Positions 38,508-48,908 of a stretch of 64,000 bases of DNA are shown in pieces. Below the pieces are notes generated by a model. That model was not told the origin of the DNA. It searched no databases and saw nothing but the letters and a program-made list of their open reading frames with translations. Source of the stretch: an uncultured Desulfospira sp. (lineage in GTDB: Bacteria > Desulfobacterota > Desulfobacteria > Desulfobacterales > Desulfobacteraceae); NCBI GenBank assembly GCA_963663165.1, contig OY760175.1:576001-640000 (forward strand), given 5' to 3'. The position numbers and the translations under genes were made by a program. Every line of letters starts with the position of its first letter. Position 1 is the first letter of the stretch.

Positions 38508-39590
38508 TTACAATCCCGTGTCCAGTTCTCTTTCAAGCCGCCGGCTGTAGTTGGACATAAAAAAGCAGCACAGAAAATAAATAATGGCTATAAAAATATA
38601 GGCTTCGGCTGAAAATCCCATCCACCGGGGTTCGGACAATGTGGTCTGGGTGGTTTTGAGCAAATCATACAATCCAATAATCACCACAAGGGAGGTATCT
38701 TTAAAGGCGGAAATGAGGACGCTGACCGAAGGCGGGATAACAATTTTTAACGCCTGGGGCAGGATGATCAGCCGCATGGTCTGGGAATAGTTCAGCCCAA
38801 TGGAATCGGCCGCCTCAAATTGTCCCTTGTTCATTCCCTGAAGACCGCCCCGGACCACTTCGGCAATATAGGCGGCCGTAAAAATGATGATGGCAATCTG
38901 GGCCCTTAAAATACCGTTGATGGTCATGCCTTCGGGTAAAAACAAGGGAAAAACCACCGATGACATGAACAGCAGGCTGATCAGGGGAACCCCCCGGATC
39001 AGTTCAATGTAAACCACACAAAAGCTTTTGATGGCCGGCATTTTGGACTGCCGGCCAAGGGCAAGAATGATGCCCAGAGGATAGGCGGCAGTCAGACCGA
39101 ACACCGACAAGAGCAAGGTCAGAATAAGCCCGCCCCACTTTTCAATTTCAACATGCTCAAGCCCGAGGATACCGCCGGACAGCAGGGTTCCCATGATGAT
39201 CAGTGATACCAGCCAGGTATATCCGAGCCAGGGTTTCCAGTACTGCCGGTTCCGGCTGATAAACAGCAGGATGAACAAAAGAATAATGGCGGTTATCGGC
39301 CGCCAGAGAATGTTCTGGGGATAGAACCCGAATAACATAATTTTATAATTGCAGGTGATCACAGACCAGCAGGCCCCTTTGGCCTCCCGGCAATTGGCAT
39401 CGGGGCTCCAGCAGGCGTCAATGAACGCCCATTGAACAAACGGGATCAGCGAATACCAGAAAACCGCCAGAATAATAAGGGTCAGCATGGCGTTCAGGGG
39501 GCTGCTGAACAGATTCTCCCTGATCCATCCAATAATACCGGTGTTGGCCACCGGTGGTTTGATGTTCTGTTTGTTGGTATCAGCTTCCAT
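38508..39590 (-). CDS. Amino-acid ABC transporter permease (AapM-like)
   Basis: WIRENLFSS, WGGLILT, RGVPLI, AEVVRGGLQ, FKDTSLV. Confidence 0.9.
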   Translation of the reverse strand: MEADTNKQNIKPPVANTGIIGWIRENLFSSPLNAMLTLIILAVFWYSLIPFVQWAFIDACWSPDANCREAKGACWSVITCNYKIMLFGFYPQNILWRPITAIILLFILLFISRNRQYWKPWLGYTWLVSLIIMGTLLSGGILGLEHVEIEKWGGLILTLLLSVFGLTAAYPLGIILALGRQSKMPAIKSFCVVYIELIRGVPLISLLFMSSVVFPLFLPEGMTINGILRAQIAIIIFTAAYIAEVVRGGLQGMNKGQFEAADSIGLNYSQTMRLIILPQALKIVIPPSVSVLISAFKDTSLVVIIGLYDLLKTTQTTLSEPRWMGFSAEAYIFIAIIYFLCCFFMSNYSRRLERELDTGL

Positions 39591-39609
39591 AAGATCTTAA
39601 AATCAAATA

Positions 39610-40800
39610 TTATCTTTCGACTAAAGCCATTTTTTTATTGTACCAGTTCATAAATGCCGAGGTGGACAGGCTGAAGACAAGGTAGACCAGCATGATCAGC
39701 AAAACCCCTTCAATGGCCTGGCCGGTCTGGTTAATGGCGGTTCCGGCAACCGAAACAAAATCAGGGAATCCGATCCCCACCGCAAGGGATGAGTTCTTGG
39801 TCAAATTGAGCATCTGACTGGTTAAGGGCGGAATAATGACCCGCAACGCCTGGGGAAGAATGACCAGATTCAGCACCTGTCCCGGTTTGAGCCCGATGGC
39901 CATGGCGGCTTCGGTCTGACCTTTGGACACCGATTGAATCCCGGCCCTGACCACCTCTGCCACAAATGCTGCCGTATATAAAACCAGCCCGAGAAGCAGT
40001 GCTGAAAACTCAGGGCTGATGGCCAGCCCGCCTTTAAAGTTAAATCCCTTGAGTTCAGGGATATCCATGGCCGTTGGGGTACCGGCCAAAAACCAGCAGA
40101 TCAGGGGAAGCCCGATGGCCATGGCAAGGGAGGACCAGAATACGGGAAATGTCTTTCCTGTAGTATTTTGCCGTTTCCGGGCCCAATTTTTAAGGGGAAA
40201 TATCAGAATACAGGCCGCTACAAAGGCCAGGCCCATATAAAGGTGTGCCGGATGCCCCTGAGGGACGGCAAAAATAAGGCCCCGGTTACACAGGAACAAA
40301 CCGGTAAACGGGCTTAAGGCCTGTTTTGGAGACGGCAGTATTTCATAAAAAAAGGCATACCAGAAAAAAAGCTGGAGCAGAACCGGGATATCCTGGAACA
40401 CCTCAATATAAACTGCAGCACACCGGTTGATCAGCCAGTTTTTGGATAACCGGGCAATGCCGATAAAGGTGCCCAGAACAACAGACAGCACTATCCCGAT
40501 AAACGAGACCAGCAGGGTATTTAAAAATCCGACAAAAAGGGCCCTGGCATAGGTGTCGGCCGCTGAATATTCGATGAGGGATTCCCCGATTTCAAAGGCG
40601 GCCTCATGCTGTAAAAAGCCGAACCCGGTGGCAATGGACTGTCTTTCAAGGTTGGTCATGGTATTGGAAACCAGGTACCAGGCCACCAGGGCAAATAAAA
40701 GAACCGTGCCCACCTGATAAGTTAAGGACCGTTTATCCGGGTCGTGCCAAAAGGATATTTTTTCTGAGCTGTTTTGGGTCGTCACAGAGTCCATTACCAT
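39610..40800 (-). CDS. Amino-acid ABC transporter permease (AapQ-like)
   Basis: IATGFGFL, GFNFKGG, AEVVRAGIQSV.KGQ.EAA, KNSSLA. Confidence 0.9.
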   Translation of the reverse strand: MVMDSVTTQNSSEKISFWHDPDKRSLTYQVGTVLLFALVAWYLVSNTMTNLERQSIATGFGFLQHEAAFEIGESLIEYSAADTYARALFVGFLNTLLVSFIGIVLSVVLGTFIGIARLSKNWLINRCAAVYIEVFQDIPVLLQLFFWYAFFYEILPSPKQALSPFTGLFLCNRGLIFAVPQGHPAHLYMGLAFVAACILIFPLKNWARKRQNTTGKTFPVFWSSLAMAIGLPLICWFLAGTPTAMDIPELKGFNFKGGLAISPEFSALLLGLVLYTAAFVAEVVRAGIQSVSKGQTEAAMAIGLKPGQVLNLVILPQALRVIIPPLTSQMLNLTKNSSLAVGIGFPDFVSVAGTAINQTGQAIEGVLLIMLVYLVFSLSTSAFMNWYNKKMALVER

Positions 40801-40808
40801 TTTTTATT

Positions 40809-40979
40809 TACTGCCGGAACGAAAACCCGTGTTTGGGCGGCTCGCAGAGGAGATTTATCTCACAAAGTTGCCCAGATGCAAGGCGCATAAAAATTTGCAA
40901 CCGGAGCAACCATAGGGGTTGTGAGAATTGCAAATTTTTATGCAACGCAGCAGATGGGTGACTTTTCGTTCAACCACTA
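40809..40979 (-). mobile_element. MITE-like element, copy 2 (inside the aap operon)
   Basis: Reverse complement aligns end to end with 4495-4641 apart from a ~20-bp insertion; its terminal TAG is the stop codon of the binding-protein gene. Confidence 0.75.
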
Positions 40980-41996
40980 TTTAAATGGGGGGGAGTACAT
41001 CAGCCCGCCGTTGGTCCAAAGGGCATTTAATCCCCTTTCAATGCCAAGCTGGGTGTTGACCCCTACGTTTCTTTCGAAAACTTCACCGTAGTTGCCCACC
41101 AGTTTAACGATGTTGTAGGCAAACTTTTCATCCAGTCCCAGTGCCTTACCGTTTCCAGGGGTCTCCCCGAGGAACCGTTTGATTTTGGGATTTTCATTTT
41201 TGAGCATTTCATCAACATTTTTAGATGTAATGCCAAGCTCTTCGGCGTTGATCAGGGCCAGAACAGCATAATTAACAATATCTTTCCACTGGTTGTCCCC
41301 GTGTCTTACCGCAGGGGCCAGAGGTTCTTTTGAGATGATTTGAGGCAAAATGATATAGTCGTCGGGGTTGGGGGCCACAGCCCTTGTCCCGGCCAGCTGG
41401 GAGGCATCAGAGGTCAGGCAGTCGCACCTGCCGGCAAAAAAGGCCTTGGCAAGCTCTGCGGTATTTTCAATCACAACCGGTTTCATCTCCATCCCGTTGC
41501 TCCTGAAATAGTCGGCCACGTTGAGCTCAGTGGTGGTTCCCGGAAGAACGCACACGGTGGCACCGTCCAGTTCCTTGGCATTGCTGACGCCCAGTTTTTT
41601 GGGAATCAGAAATCCCTGACCGTCGTAGTAGTTGACCTGGACAAAATCAAGGCCTAAGGCCGTGTCCCGGCTTAATGTCTGGGTGCAGTTTCTGAAAAGC
41701 ACATCAATCTCACCGGACTGAAGGGCGGTGAACCGGGTTTTGGCGGTAAGGGGAACAAATTTGATTTTATCAGGACTTCCGAACACGGCGGCGGAAACGG
41801 CTCTGGCGCAATCCACATCAAGCCCTCTCCAAACCCCTTTATCATCCGCTTTACCAAACCCGAACAGGTCTCCGTTGACGCCGGCCTGGATGTACCCTTT
41901 GGCCTTAACGTCCTCTAGGGTGCCTGCAAAGGCAGTGGCTGACACGCAGCAAACGGCCAGACAGACGGTCAAAATTTTAAACAGTTTCATAGACAA
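40977..41996 (-). CDS. Amino-acid ABC transporter substrate-binding protein (AapJ/BztA-like)
   Basis: Signal peptide, RFTALQSGEIDVL, YYDGQGF, ISKEPLAPAVR.GD.QW, NALWT.GGLMY.PP. Confidence 0.92.
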   Translation of the reverse strand: MSMKLFKILTVCLAVCCVSATAFAGTLEDVKAKGYIQAGVNGDLFGFGKADDKGVWRGLDVDCARAVSAAVFGSPDKIKFVPLTAKTRFTALQSGEIDVLFRNCTQTLSRDTALGLDFVQVNYYDGQGFLIPKKLGVSNAKELDGATVCVLPGTTTELNVADYFRSNGMEMKPVVIENTAELAKAFFAGRCDCLTSDASQLAGTRAVAPNPDDYIILPQIISKEPLAPAVRHGDNQWKDIVNYAVLALINAEELGITSKNVDEMLKNENPKIKRFLGETPGNGKALGLDEKFAYNIVKLVGNYGEVFERNVGVNTQLGIERGLNALWTNGGLMYSPPFK

Positions 41997-42177
41997 CTCC
42001 CTTTTTTAAAGTTTTCTTAAAATTGTTTTTTATACTTATGGCGATTGGACTTATCGCCAAACCTGAACAGGGTACCAAAACCTTTGTCAGTATTAGCATA
42101 CCAGGATAATTAATCAAGGACTTTCTTGAAGATTTAACTACTTATATTAAAAATTTTGTAAAACTTTTATCAACGGA

Positions 42178-42876
42178 TTGAATATAATGACGTTAAAAGG
42201 TATGAATCAATTCATGTGTACCTGTGATAAAATTTTCAGAGAACCGGTCAATACTATTACTCATATTGCCGGTGCATTGGGGTCCATTGTGGCCCTGACC
42301 CTCATGGTGGTCTTTGCCGCCATCCGGGCCGATGCCTGGTATATTGTTTCCTTTGCCGTGTTTGGCACCACCTTGATGCTCATGTATACCGCAAGTTCGC
42401 TTTATCACGGGCTGCGAATTTCCAAGAAAACCCTGAACCTGTTCCGCCGGATTGACCATATCATGATATTTATGGTGATTGCCGGATCTTACACCCCCAT
42501 ATGTCTTGTCCCGTTAAGGGGGCCCTGGGGATGGAGTTTGTTTGGAACGGTTTGGGGACTGGCCCTTGCCGGTGTATTAATCAAGCTTTTTTTTATGAAC
42601 CTGCCGCGATGGGTGTCCACCCTTATTTACCTGATCATGGGATGGCTGTGTGTGGTTGCGGTTTACCCCATTGTCAAAAGCCTTTGTCCATTAGAGCTGT
42701 TCTGGCTCGCCTTGGGCGGAGTGTTTTACTCCTGCGGCGCCGTGGTTTATGTCCTTAAAAAACCGAATTTTTTCAAAGGCCTTATCGGTTTTCATGAAAT
42801 CTGGCACGTCTTTGTTCTGGCGGGCAGCACCTGCCATGTGCTGCTGATGTTTGCCTGCCTGAGCGAATTTAATTAA
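42178..42876 (+). CDS. Hemolysin III/PAQR family membrane protein
   Basis: EPVNTITH, SSLYH, RRIDH.MIF..IAGSYTP, FHEIWHVFV; exact start uncertain. Confidence 0.9.
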   Translation: MNIMTLKGMNQFMCTCDKIFREPVNTITHIAGALGSIVALTLMVVFAAIRADAWYIVSFAVFGTTLMLMYTASSLYHGLRISKKTLNLFRRIDHIMIFMVIAGSYTPICLVPLRGPWGWSLFGTVWGLALAGVLIKLFFMNLPRWVSTLIYLIMGWLCVVAVYPIVKSLCPLELFWLALGGVFYSCGAVVYVLKKPNFFKGLIGFHEIWHVFVLAGSTCHVLLMFACLSEFN

Positions 42877-42880
42877 TGTA

Positions 42881-43015
42881 GGGAGACCGGAGGAAAGCAG
42901 ACCGCAGACCGGAATGCGAAACCCCTAAGGATGCGCGATCCGGTCTCCCGTTTCCCGACTGACGGTTTCCCTCTTTTCGGTCTCCCGTTTCCGGCCTGAC
43001 GGTTTCCCCCTTTCC
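42881..43015. repeat. GGAGAC-rich inverted repeat element with internal tandem duplication
   Basis: Shares ~32 bp with the 26845-26953 element; CGGTCTCCCGTTTCC..TGACGGTTTCCC occurs twice. Confidence 0.7.
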
Positions 43016-43126
43016 GCGCATCAGTTGTTTTCAATCCCAAGAAGATGATACAAAAATAATGTCGTATTTTGATTTTAGAATATTATATTTGGGTACTGGA
43101 CAATTTTTAAGCCTTCAGGAGACCGT

Positions 43127-43693
43127 ATGAAAATCAACCAAATCGAACAACTGACCCGGCAATCTCACTTGAACCTTTATGCCATTGATTATCTGAACCG
43201 GGAAAACCAGAAAAAAACCTGGGTATATGCCTCAAGAAAGGGCAATGAAAAGACCGAAGGCCTGCCCGATGCCGTTGTGCTGGTTCCCTTCCATTGCCAG
43301 ACCGGAAAACTGGTAATCATTGAAGAGTTCAGGGTGGTTTTGGGCGGGTTCCAGTACGGGTTTCCGGCCGGGCTGGTAGACCCTGGTGAGACCGTGGCGG
43401 ACGCCGGAAAAAGAGAGCTTTTTGAAGAAACCGGTCTTGAAATGACAGCGGTTTTAAAACAGGGGCCGCCGGTATACTCTTCCTCGGGCATGACCGATGA
43501 ATCTGTCAGCCTGCTGTTCGTTGAATGCCAAGGGACCCCGAGCAGTCAGTATACCGAGGCTTCTGAGGAAATTCGGGTTCATATGGTTTCACGGGATGAG
43601 GCCCGGGCCCTTTTAGAGGACCCCCATCTTAAATTCGATGTAAAAACCTGGATTATTTTAAACACCTATGCATTTCACGGAATTTTAAGTTAA
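43127..43693 (+). CDS. NUDIX hydrolase (ADP-ribose pyrophosphatase-like)
   Basis: FPAGLVDPGE.....GKRELFEETG Nudix box, SSGMTDE. Confidence 0.9.
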   Translation: MKINQIEQLTRQSHLNLYAIDYLNRENQKKTWVYASRKGNEKTEGLPDAVVLVPFHCQTGKLVIIEEFRVVLGGFQYGFPAGLVDPGETVADAGKRELFEETGLEMTAVLKQGPPVYSSSGMTDESVSLLFVECQGTPSSQYTEASEEIRVHMVSRDEARALLEDPHLKFDVKTWIILNTYAFHGILS

Positions 43694-43706
43694 GGAACTG
43701 CCGGTT

Positions 43707-45551
43707 TTGTTTTCAAATTTCCTATATTTTCTTGTCGCCCTGGTGATTTACACCTCCTCCCAGCTGTTTGAGCCGCCTAAAACCCTTGACCCGGACAACT
43801 GGTTTTATTTTTTGGCGCTTTCAGGGGCCTTTGTTCTGGCCTGCCGGTTTTTGTTTCACCGTCTGTCCCAAAAGGCCGTACCGCTTGGCCGCGCCGGCCT
43901 TGATCAGCAAGTAAACCGCCTGATCCGCAAGCTGTCGGTCACCGCCCTTGCCATTTATGCGGCCAGTATTTATGTGTTCAAGCTGGACCAGTGGCTGTTA
44001 AAATTAACCGTTTTTGAGATGGTTCCCACCTTTGCGGCGGTTTTGTTTCTGGGATTATTCTTGTTTTATCTGGTGGTGATCTGGAATTTTGCCTTTAAGG
44101 TGCAGTCCATGTTTTTTCCGGGCCGCCTGACTAAAAAAGATTTTCTGGTGTCCCATATTTCTTTTTCTCTTCCGGCGCTGCTGCCCTGGTTCTGCCTGTC
44201 TTTGACCGCTGATTTGATCGGCTTTCTGCCTTTTGAGGGGGTGAAAGCCGTATTGACATCTCCCTTTGGAGAGATCGGGTATATCCTTCTGGCTCTGGCC
44301 GTTATGACGGTTTTCGGGCCCTTTTTGATCCGAAAGCTTTGGCGCTGCGTCAGCCTTGAAGCGGGGCCGTCAAGGGAAATGATCGAGCAGGTATGCCAAA
44401 AAGCCGGGCTGAAATACCGGGATATTTTAAAATGGGAATTGTTCGGCGGGGCCATGATCACGGCCGGGGTAATGGGTGTGGTCAGCCGGTTCCGTTATAT
44501 TCTGGTAACCCCGGCGCTGCTCAATACCCTGAGTGAAGATGAAATAGAAGCCGTGATTTTTCATGAAATCGGCCATGTCCAAAAACATCACATGCTGTAT
44601 TACCTGATGTTCTTTGCCGGGTTCATCGCCATTAATTTTCTTTTTTTTGAGCCGTTAATGCTGCTTTTATACACGGTTTCACCGGCATATGCCGGGTTCT
44701 CGTGGTTAGGAATTCAAAGATCCGATGCCCACGCCGCCATGATTACCATCACCCTGATCGCCTGTTTCATCCTCTATTTCAGGTTTGCTTTCGGGTATTT
44801 CATGAGAAATTTTGAACGCCAGGCCGATATTCATATTTTCAGGTTCAAACCCGATGTGTTCCCCATGATATCCACCTTTCAAAAAATTGCGTTCATGACC
44901 GGGCAGTCCCCTGATAAGCCGAACTGGCACCATTACAGCATCGGGCAGCGGGTTGATTTTTTACAGGCGTGCAGCAAAGACCCTTCCCTTGTTTTGCGTC
45001 ATCATGTCCATGTTAAACGGTTGATTTGGGGGTACCTGTTATTGGTTACCCTGGTCTGTGCCATGGGATACAGTGTCAGCTACGGGGTTGCTAAAGAGCC
45101 GTTTTCACAGTTTGTGACCCAAAAAATCGTTGAACAGGAACTTGAGCTGGACCCGGACAATTCAGACCTTTATGCGGTGGTTGGCGATTACCATTATGAT
45201 CAGAAAGCCTATGGAAAGGCAGTTGAAGCGTATGAAAATGTAATCCGGATTGACCCTGAAAACGTCCATGCCTTAAACAACCTGGCTTGGCTGTATGCCA
45301 CCTGCCCGGAGGAACAGTTTCAAAATCGGGAGCGGGCCCTGGAGCTTGCCGCGACGGCCCTGTCAGTGGAAAGGCCTGCCTATGTGCTGGATACTTATGC
45401 CGAAGCCCTGTTTGTGAACAGCAAAGTGGATCAGGCCGTAGAAGCCGCAAAGGAAGCCCTTGCCGCAGCCGGCGACAAAAAAAGTTATTACCGGGAGCAG
45501 GTTCAGCGGTTTACGCAGTCCTTAAAAACCGATGGGAAAGAAGGTCATTGA
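43707..45551 (+). CDS. M48 family metallopeptidase with C-terminal TPR
   Basis: Multi-TM, HEIGH, FERQAD, HH.SI..R, then TPR (ALNNLAWLYA, LDTYAEA). Confidence 0.85.
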   Translation: MFSNFLYFLVALVIYTSSQLFEPPKTLDPDNWFYFLALSGAFVLACRFLFHRLSQKAVPLGRAGLDQQVNRLIRKLSVTALAIYAASIYVFKLDQWLLKLTVFEMVPTFAAVLFLGLFLFYLVVIWNFAFKVQSMFFPGRLTKKDFLVSHISFSLPALLPWFCLSLTADLIGFLPFEGVKAVLTSPFGEIGYILLALAVMTVFGPFLIRKLWRCVSLEAGPSREMIEQVCQKAGLKYRDILKWELFGGAMITAGVMGVVSRFRYILVTPALLNTLSEDEIEAVIFHEIGHVQKHHMLYYLMFFAGFIAINFLFFEPLMLLLYTVSPAYAGFSWLGIQRSDAHAAMITITLIACFILYFRFAFGYFMRNFERQADIHIFRFKPDVFPMISTFQKIAFMTGQSPDKPNWHHYSIGQRVDFLQACSKDPSLVLRHHVHVKRLIWGYLLLVTLVCAMGYSVSYGVAKEPFSQFVTQKIVEQELELDPDNSDLYAVVGDYHYDQKAYGKAVEAYENVIRIDPENVHALNNLAWLYATCPEEQFQNRERALELAATALSVERPAYVLDTYAEALFVNSKVDQAVEAAKEALAAAGDKKSYYREQVQRFTQSLKTDGKEGH

Positions 45552-46175
45552 TGCTGCCGTATGAACCACCTTGGTAATCAGCCGGCCCGTCCGGTTGGAA
45601 ACAACCAGGGCCATGGTGTCCTGAAGGGCGATTAATTTACCGAAAATACGCTCAAAGCTTAAATTTTTGACCGGACCGTCGCACTGGTTTGTGGCCAGGA
45701 ACAATTGGCCGTCGGCCTGGTACCGGTTGTTGATCCGCCAGACAAAAATTTCAATGTTCCGGGCACTGTTGTACAGGTTTTGCTGGTCCAGAAAATCGAT
45801 CATATAAAGGCTGCATTTTCCGGAATAGGAGGATATGATCATGGTGTACAGCCCATACATGACGGCAAACACGCGGTCACCGGTAAATTCGGGTTCAAAG
45901 CCAAGCAAAATGGCTTCGGTTCCCTGTTTATTGGAAAGTTCGGAAAAATTTTGAAGGGGAGGGCATTGGAAAATTGAAGCAATCCTGGAATCAATGGTGG
46001 CACCCGGGCTTTTTTCAAGCTCATCTGAATTCATCTTGTAGAGCTTGACGGTCAGGGTTTTGAGCAGAGACCGGACTTGCTCGATGTGAATATCGGCCAC
46101 CATATCCACATCGGCTTTTGCCAGATTATTGATTTTAAATCCCGGGGCTTTGACGCTGCACCCGGGACAAATCAA
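45522..46175 (-). CDS. Hypothetical probable lipoprotein
   Basis: Frame stays open upstream through hydrophobic KYLIVFCCLFLICPGC, so the true start is probably slightly upstream of the track start. Confidence 0.55.
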   Translation of the reverse strand: MICPGCSVKAPGFKINNLAKADVDMVADIHIEQVRSLLKTLTVKLYKMNSDELEKSPGATIDSRIASIFQCPPLQNFSELSNKQGTEAILLGFEPEFTGDRVFAVMYGLYTMIISSYSGKCSLYMIDFLDQQNLYNSARNIEIFVWRINNRYQADGQLFLATNQCDGPVKNLSFERIFGKLIALQDTMALVVSNRTGRLITKVVHTAASMTFFPIGF

Positions 46176-46203
46176 AAAAAGGCAACAGAAAACAATCAGA
46201 TAT

Positions 46204-46659
46204 TTATGCCAAATGTCCAGTTCTAAACTCTTGGATCCCCTGATGAAGCGTTTTTACAGCCAGCTGTATGCAATGGTGCTTTTTTTCAGGGATATTTTCA
46301 AGGGCGTTAAATACATCGCCGTCATCAATTTCAAGGGCCTGGTCAAGGGTTTTGCCTTTTACCAGGTCAACGGCTGCCATGGCTGCTGAAACTGCTCCGG
46401 CACATCCTGTAATCTCATACCGGACATCTTCAATAATCTGATCTTCCCCCACTTTGATATAAACTTTCATTATATCACCACAGGAACCGACTTTTTCAGA
46501 TATCTGGTTTGCGTCTTCCAAATGTCCCATGTATTTTTTTTCAAGAAAGTAGTCAATTGCCGGCTGGCCATACCCGGCATCGGCAAGCATTTTTCGTTCA
46601 GATTCCCTGGTTGTAATTTCAATTGCCACTGGTTTTTCCTTTTGTTGGGCCCTTTTCAA
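46204..46659 (-). CDS. IscU/NifU-like Fe-S cluster scaffold protein
   Basis: GSCGD.M, GCAG, KHHC three-Cys pattern; start uncertain. Confidence 0.85.
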   Translation of the reverse strand: MKRAQQKEKPVAIEITTRESERKMLADAGYGQPAIDYFLEKKYMGHLEDANQISEKVGSCGDIMKVYIKVGEDQIIEDVRYEITGCAGAVSAAMAAVDLVKGKTLDQALEIDDGDVFNALENIPEKKHHCIQLAVKTLHQGIQEFRTGHLA

Positions 46660-46978
46660 AATCTTTTATTGCACTGATTTGTTGCGCTGGGCTGTAAAAT
46701 CAAGTCATATATCCTAAACACGTCGCTCATAAAATAATTAATTTCATTTTTATGTCAAGTAAAATTGTCAGGCAGCCCCCTGGGAGCAGATAAATATAAA
46801 AATTAAAAATAAGACTTGTGATTTAGATGCGTTATGGTATGCTAACCAAAACAGGGAACTCGACTAAACAAGCAGATCAATTTTCGTAACAAAATGGTCA
46901 GTTATTCCGCTATGTAACAAATAGCATCTATAGCTATATTGTATATTCACCTTGGCAGACAGAATAGGAGATCCTGCT

Positions 46979-47209
46979 ATGAAAGAATTGATTGAGTATA
47001 TCGCTCAAGCGCTGGTTGACAATCCCCAAGACGTTAACGTACAGGAAATTAAGGCACAACAGACCCTGGTTCTCGAACTTCGGGTCGCAAAGGAAGACCT
47101 CGGTAAAGTTATCGGAAAAAAAGGCAGGACCGCCCAGGCCATGCGAACCATCCTTTCGTGTGCATCTGCCAAGGAACAAAAAAGGGTCATTTTAGAGATT
47201 GTTGAATAA
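46979..47209 (+). CDS. khpA: KH-domain RNA-binding protein (KhpA)
   Basis: [16 protein letters not shown]...[27 protein letters not shown]. Confidence 0.9.
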   Translation: MKELIEYIAQALVDNPQDVNVQEIKAQQTLVLELRVAKEDLGKVIGKKGRTAQAMRTILSCASAKEQKRVILEIVE

Positions 47210-47245
47210 CCTTAAATCATTGTAAAGTCCGTAAAAAAACGGCGT

Positions 47246-48004
47246 TTATCCTAACCAATCTATCGCATCCTTTAAGTGGTGCAGTCCGTTGTCATCGGTA
47301 AGACCCGATTGGATGGGTGAAATTGAAATATAGTTGTTTTTTACGGCATGGGCATCGGTCCCGGCAGGGGCGTCAATTCCCCCCATGGGACCGTACCAAA
47401 AATATTTCCTGTCTCTTGGATCGATACGGCAGTCAAACCGGGTGGACAGATTGGTTTGGGCCGGACGGGTGATTTGAACCCCGCTGACCTGATCAATGGG
47501 AGAGTCCGGGCCATTAATATTTAAAAAGGTGCCGGCCGTTAAGTCAAGCTCCGCCACCCGGTGCACCATGCCGGCCGAGAACCGGGCCATCCCCTTAAAA
47601 TCCATGTACTCGCCTGTCATGAGCGATACCGCTATACAGGAAAGACCATTTAAAGCACCTTCCCTGGCCGCCGCCGCCGTTCCTGAATAATTAATATCCA
47701 CCCCAAGATTTCCCCCGGCATTGATTCCTGAAATAACCAGGTCCGGCCGACCTTTAAATACTTCAAACAATCCGAGCTTAATGCAGTCCACAGGGGTTCC
47801 GTTTACGGCATACCCGGTGTCCTGGCTGTCCAGTTTGATTTTGGTGATTCTCAAAGGCGTGTGCAAAGAAATGGAATGGCTGACCGCACTTTTTTCACGA
47901 TCCGGCGCAATCAGGGTCACCTCGTGAAAGGCAGACAGTTCTTCATACAGCGCATTGATGCCCGGCGCCTTGTATCCATCATCGTTGGTCAGAAAAATTT
48001 TCAT
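47246..48004 (-). CDS. surE: 5'/3'-nucleotidase SurE
   Basis: LTNDDG..APGI, AP..EKSA.SHS, GTPVDC, SGINAG.N.G..INYSGT. Confidence 0.95.
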   Translation of the reverse strand: MKIFLTNDDGYKAPGINALYEELSAFHEVTLIAPDREKSAVSHSISLHTPLRITKIKLDSQDTGYAVNGTPVDCIKLGLFEVFKGRPDLVISGINAGGNLGVDINYSGTAAAAREGALNGLSCIAVSLMTGEYMDFKGMARFSAGMVHRVAELDLTAGTFLNINGPDSPIDQVSGVQITRPAQTNLSTRFDCRIDPRDRKYFWYGPMGGIDAPAGTDAHAVKNNYISISPIQSGLTDDNGLHHLKDAIDWLG

Positions 48005-48585
48005 TTTGTTCCTAATAAAATTTAAGTGTTGCTCAAAACCCCTGAAAAACGGTCCATGCCGGCATGGCGGAACGGTCTTTTTTAAACATATTCAGTTTAA
48101 AGTTTTATTAGCATGTTGCGGTTTTATTGGCCAGAGGGGCATCAGATTCATAATTTCGGGGTTGAGAAGCCGATGTCTCAATTCCAAGCCCACAGACGCT
48201 TTGCTGGCATCAATCCTCCGCCGTATATTTTGTGAATTTTCCTTCACAATCAACAGGTTGTTACGATAGGCGAAAAGGGTTTTTGTCTTTTGACGATAAA
48301 GGGAAATCCGGTTTTGGCAGTATTACCGCCATGCCAAAGATCGTCTGCGATGGTTTCAGCCCGTTTGATTTCCCAATGGAGAAATACAACACAGATTGTA
48401 ACTATTCAGCTAATGCTGAAAACTAAGCAGAACCAGGGTCCGTAACTGTTCATCAGTGCTTCATATAAACGGCCATGGGCCACAAGCCCACAACGAATAA
48501 TGAAACTGAAGATACCAGCAACGGTAGCCTATAAATTGGGCACCGCAGGTGCTTCGCCCTCTTGTCTCTTGTCTCCAGTTTCTTA

Positions 48586-48680
48586 TAAAACGGCCACGGG
48601 CCGCCCTGGTTATCCAACCAAGCACCGCCCACAACGAAAAATGAAAGTCTTCTCAAGATGTTAGTGAGACTTTCATATAA
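48586..48680 (+). repeat. Three-hairpin ~93-bp element, full copy abutting tRNA-Sec 3' end (partial copy at 48466-48505)
   Basis: AACGGCCACGGGCCGCCCTGGTTATCCAACCAAGCACCGCCCACAACGAAAAATGAAAGTCTTCTCAAGATGTTAGTGAGACTTTCATATAA. Confidence 0.9.
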
Positions 48681-48686
48681 AAAAAA

Positions 48687-48784
48687 TGGCGGAAGCACAT
48701 GGGAATCGAACCCACCCGGGACGGTTCTAACGCCCCACATTGGATTTGAAGTCCAAGGGCCCCACCAGTGAGCCGCGTGCTTCC
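48687..48784 (-). tRNA. selC: tRNA-Sec (UCA)
   Basis: Reverse complement GGAAGCAC...TTGGACTTCAAATCCAA...long variable arm...GGGTTCGATTCCCATGTGCTTCCGCCA; UCA anticodon, extended acceptor stem, G discriminator. Confidence 0.95.
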
Positions 48785-48908
48785 GCAACCCGGGTAATGT
48801 ATACCCTGTGTCATGTTTTTGTCAATTTTTTTCCTCAATTTTAAGGGTGTTTCATCTTTGATTTCCTGGGCAAGTTAGGGTATGGGATAATAAAAAACAG
48901 GAGGATAT

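Noticed and set aside
46204..46659. Selenoprotein candidates near selC
   Set aside because: The IscU-like protein has Cys at all motif positions, and I saw no TGA-interrupted redox gene; the TGA in the exosortase copy is pseudogene decay.
48453..48838. Minus-strand ORFs of 111 and 61 aa
   Set aside because: They overlap tRNA-Sec and the 93-bp repeats.
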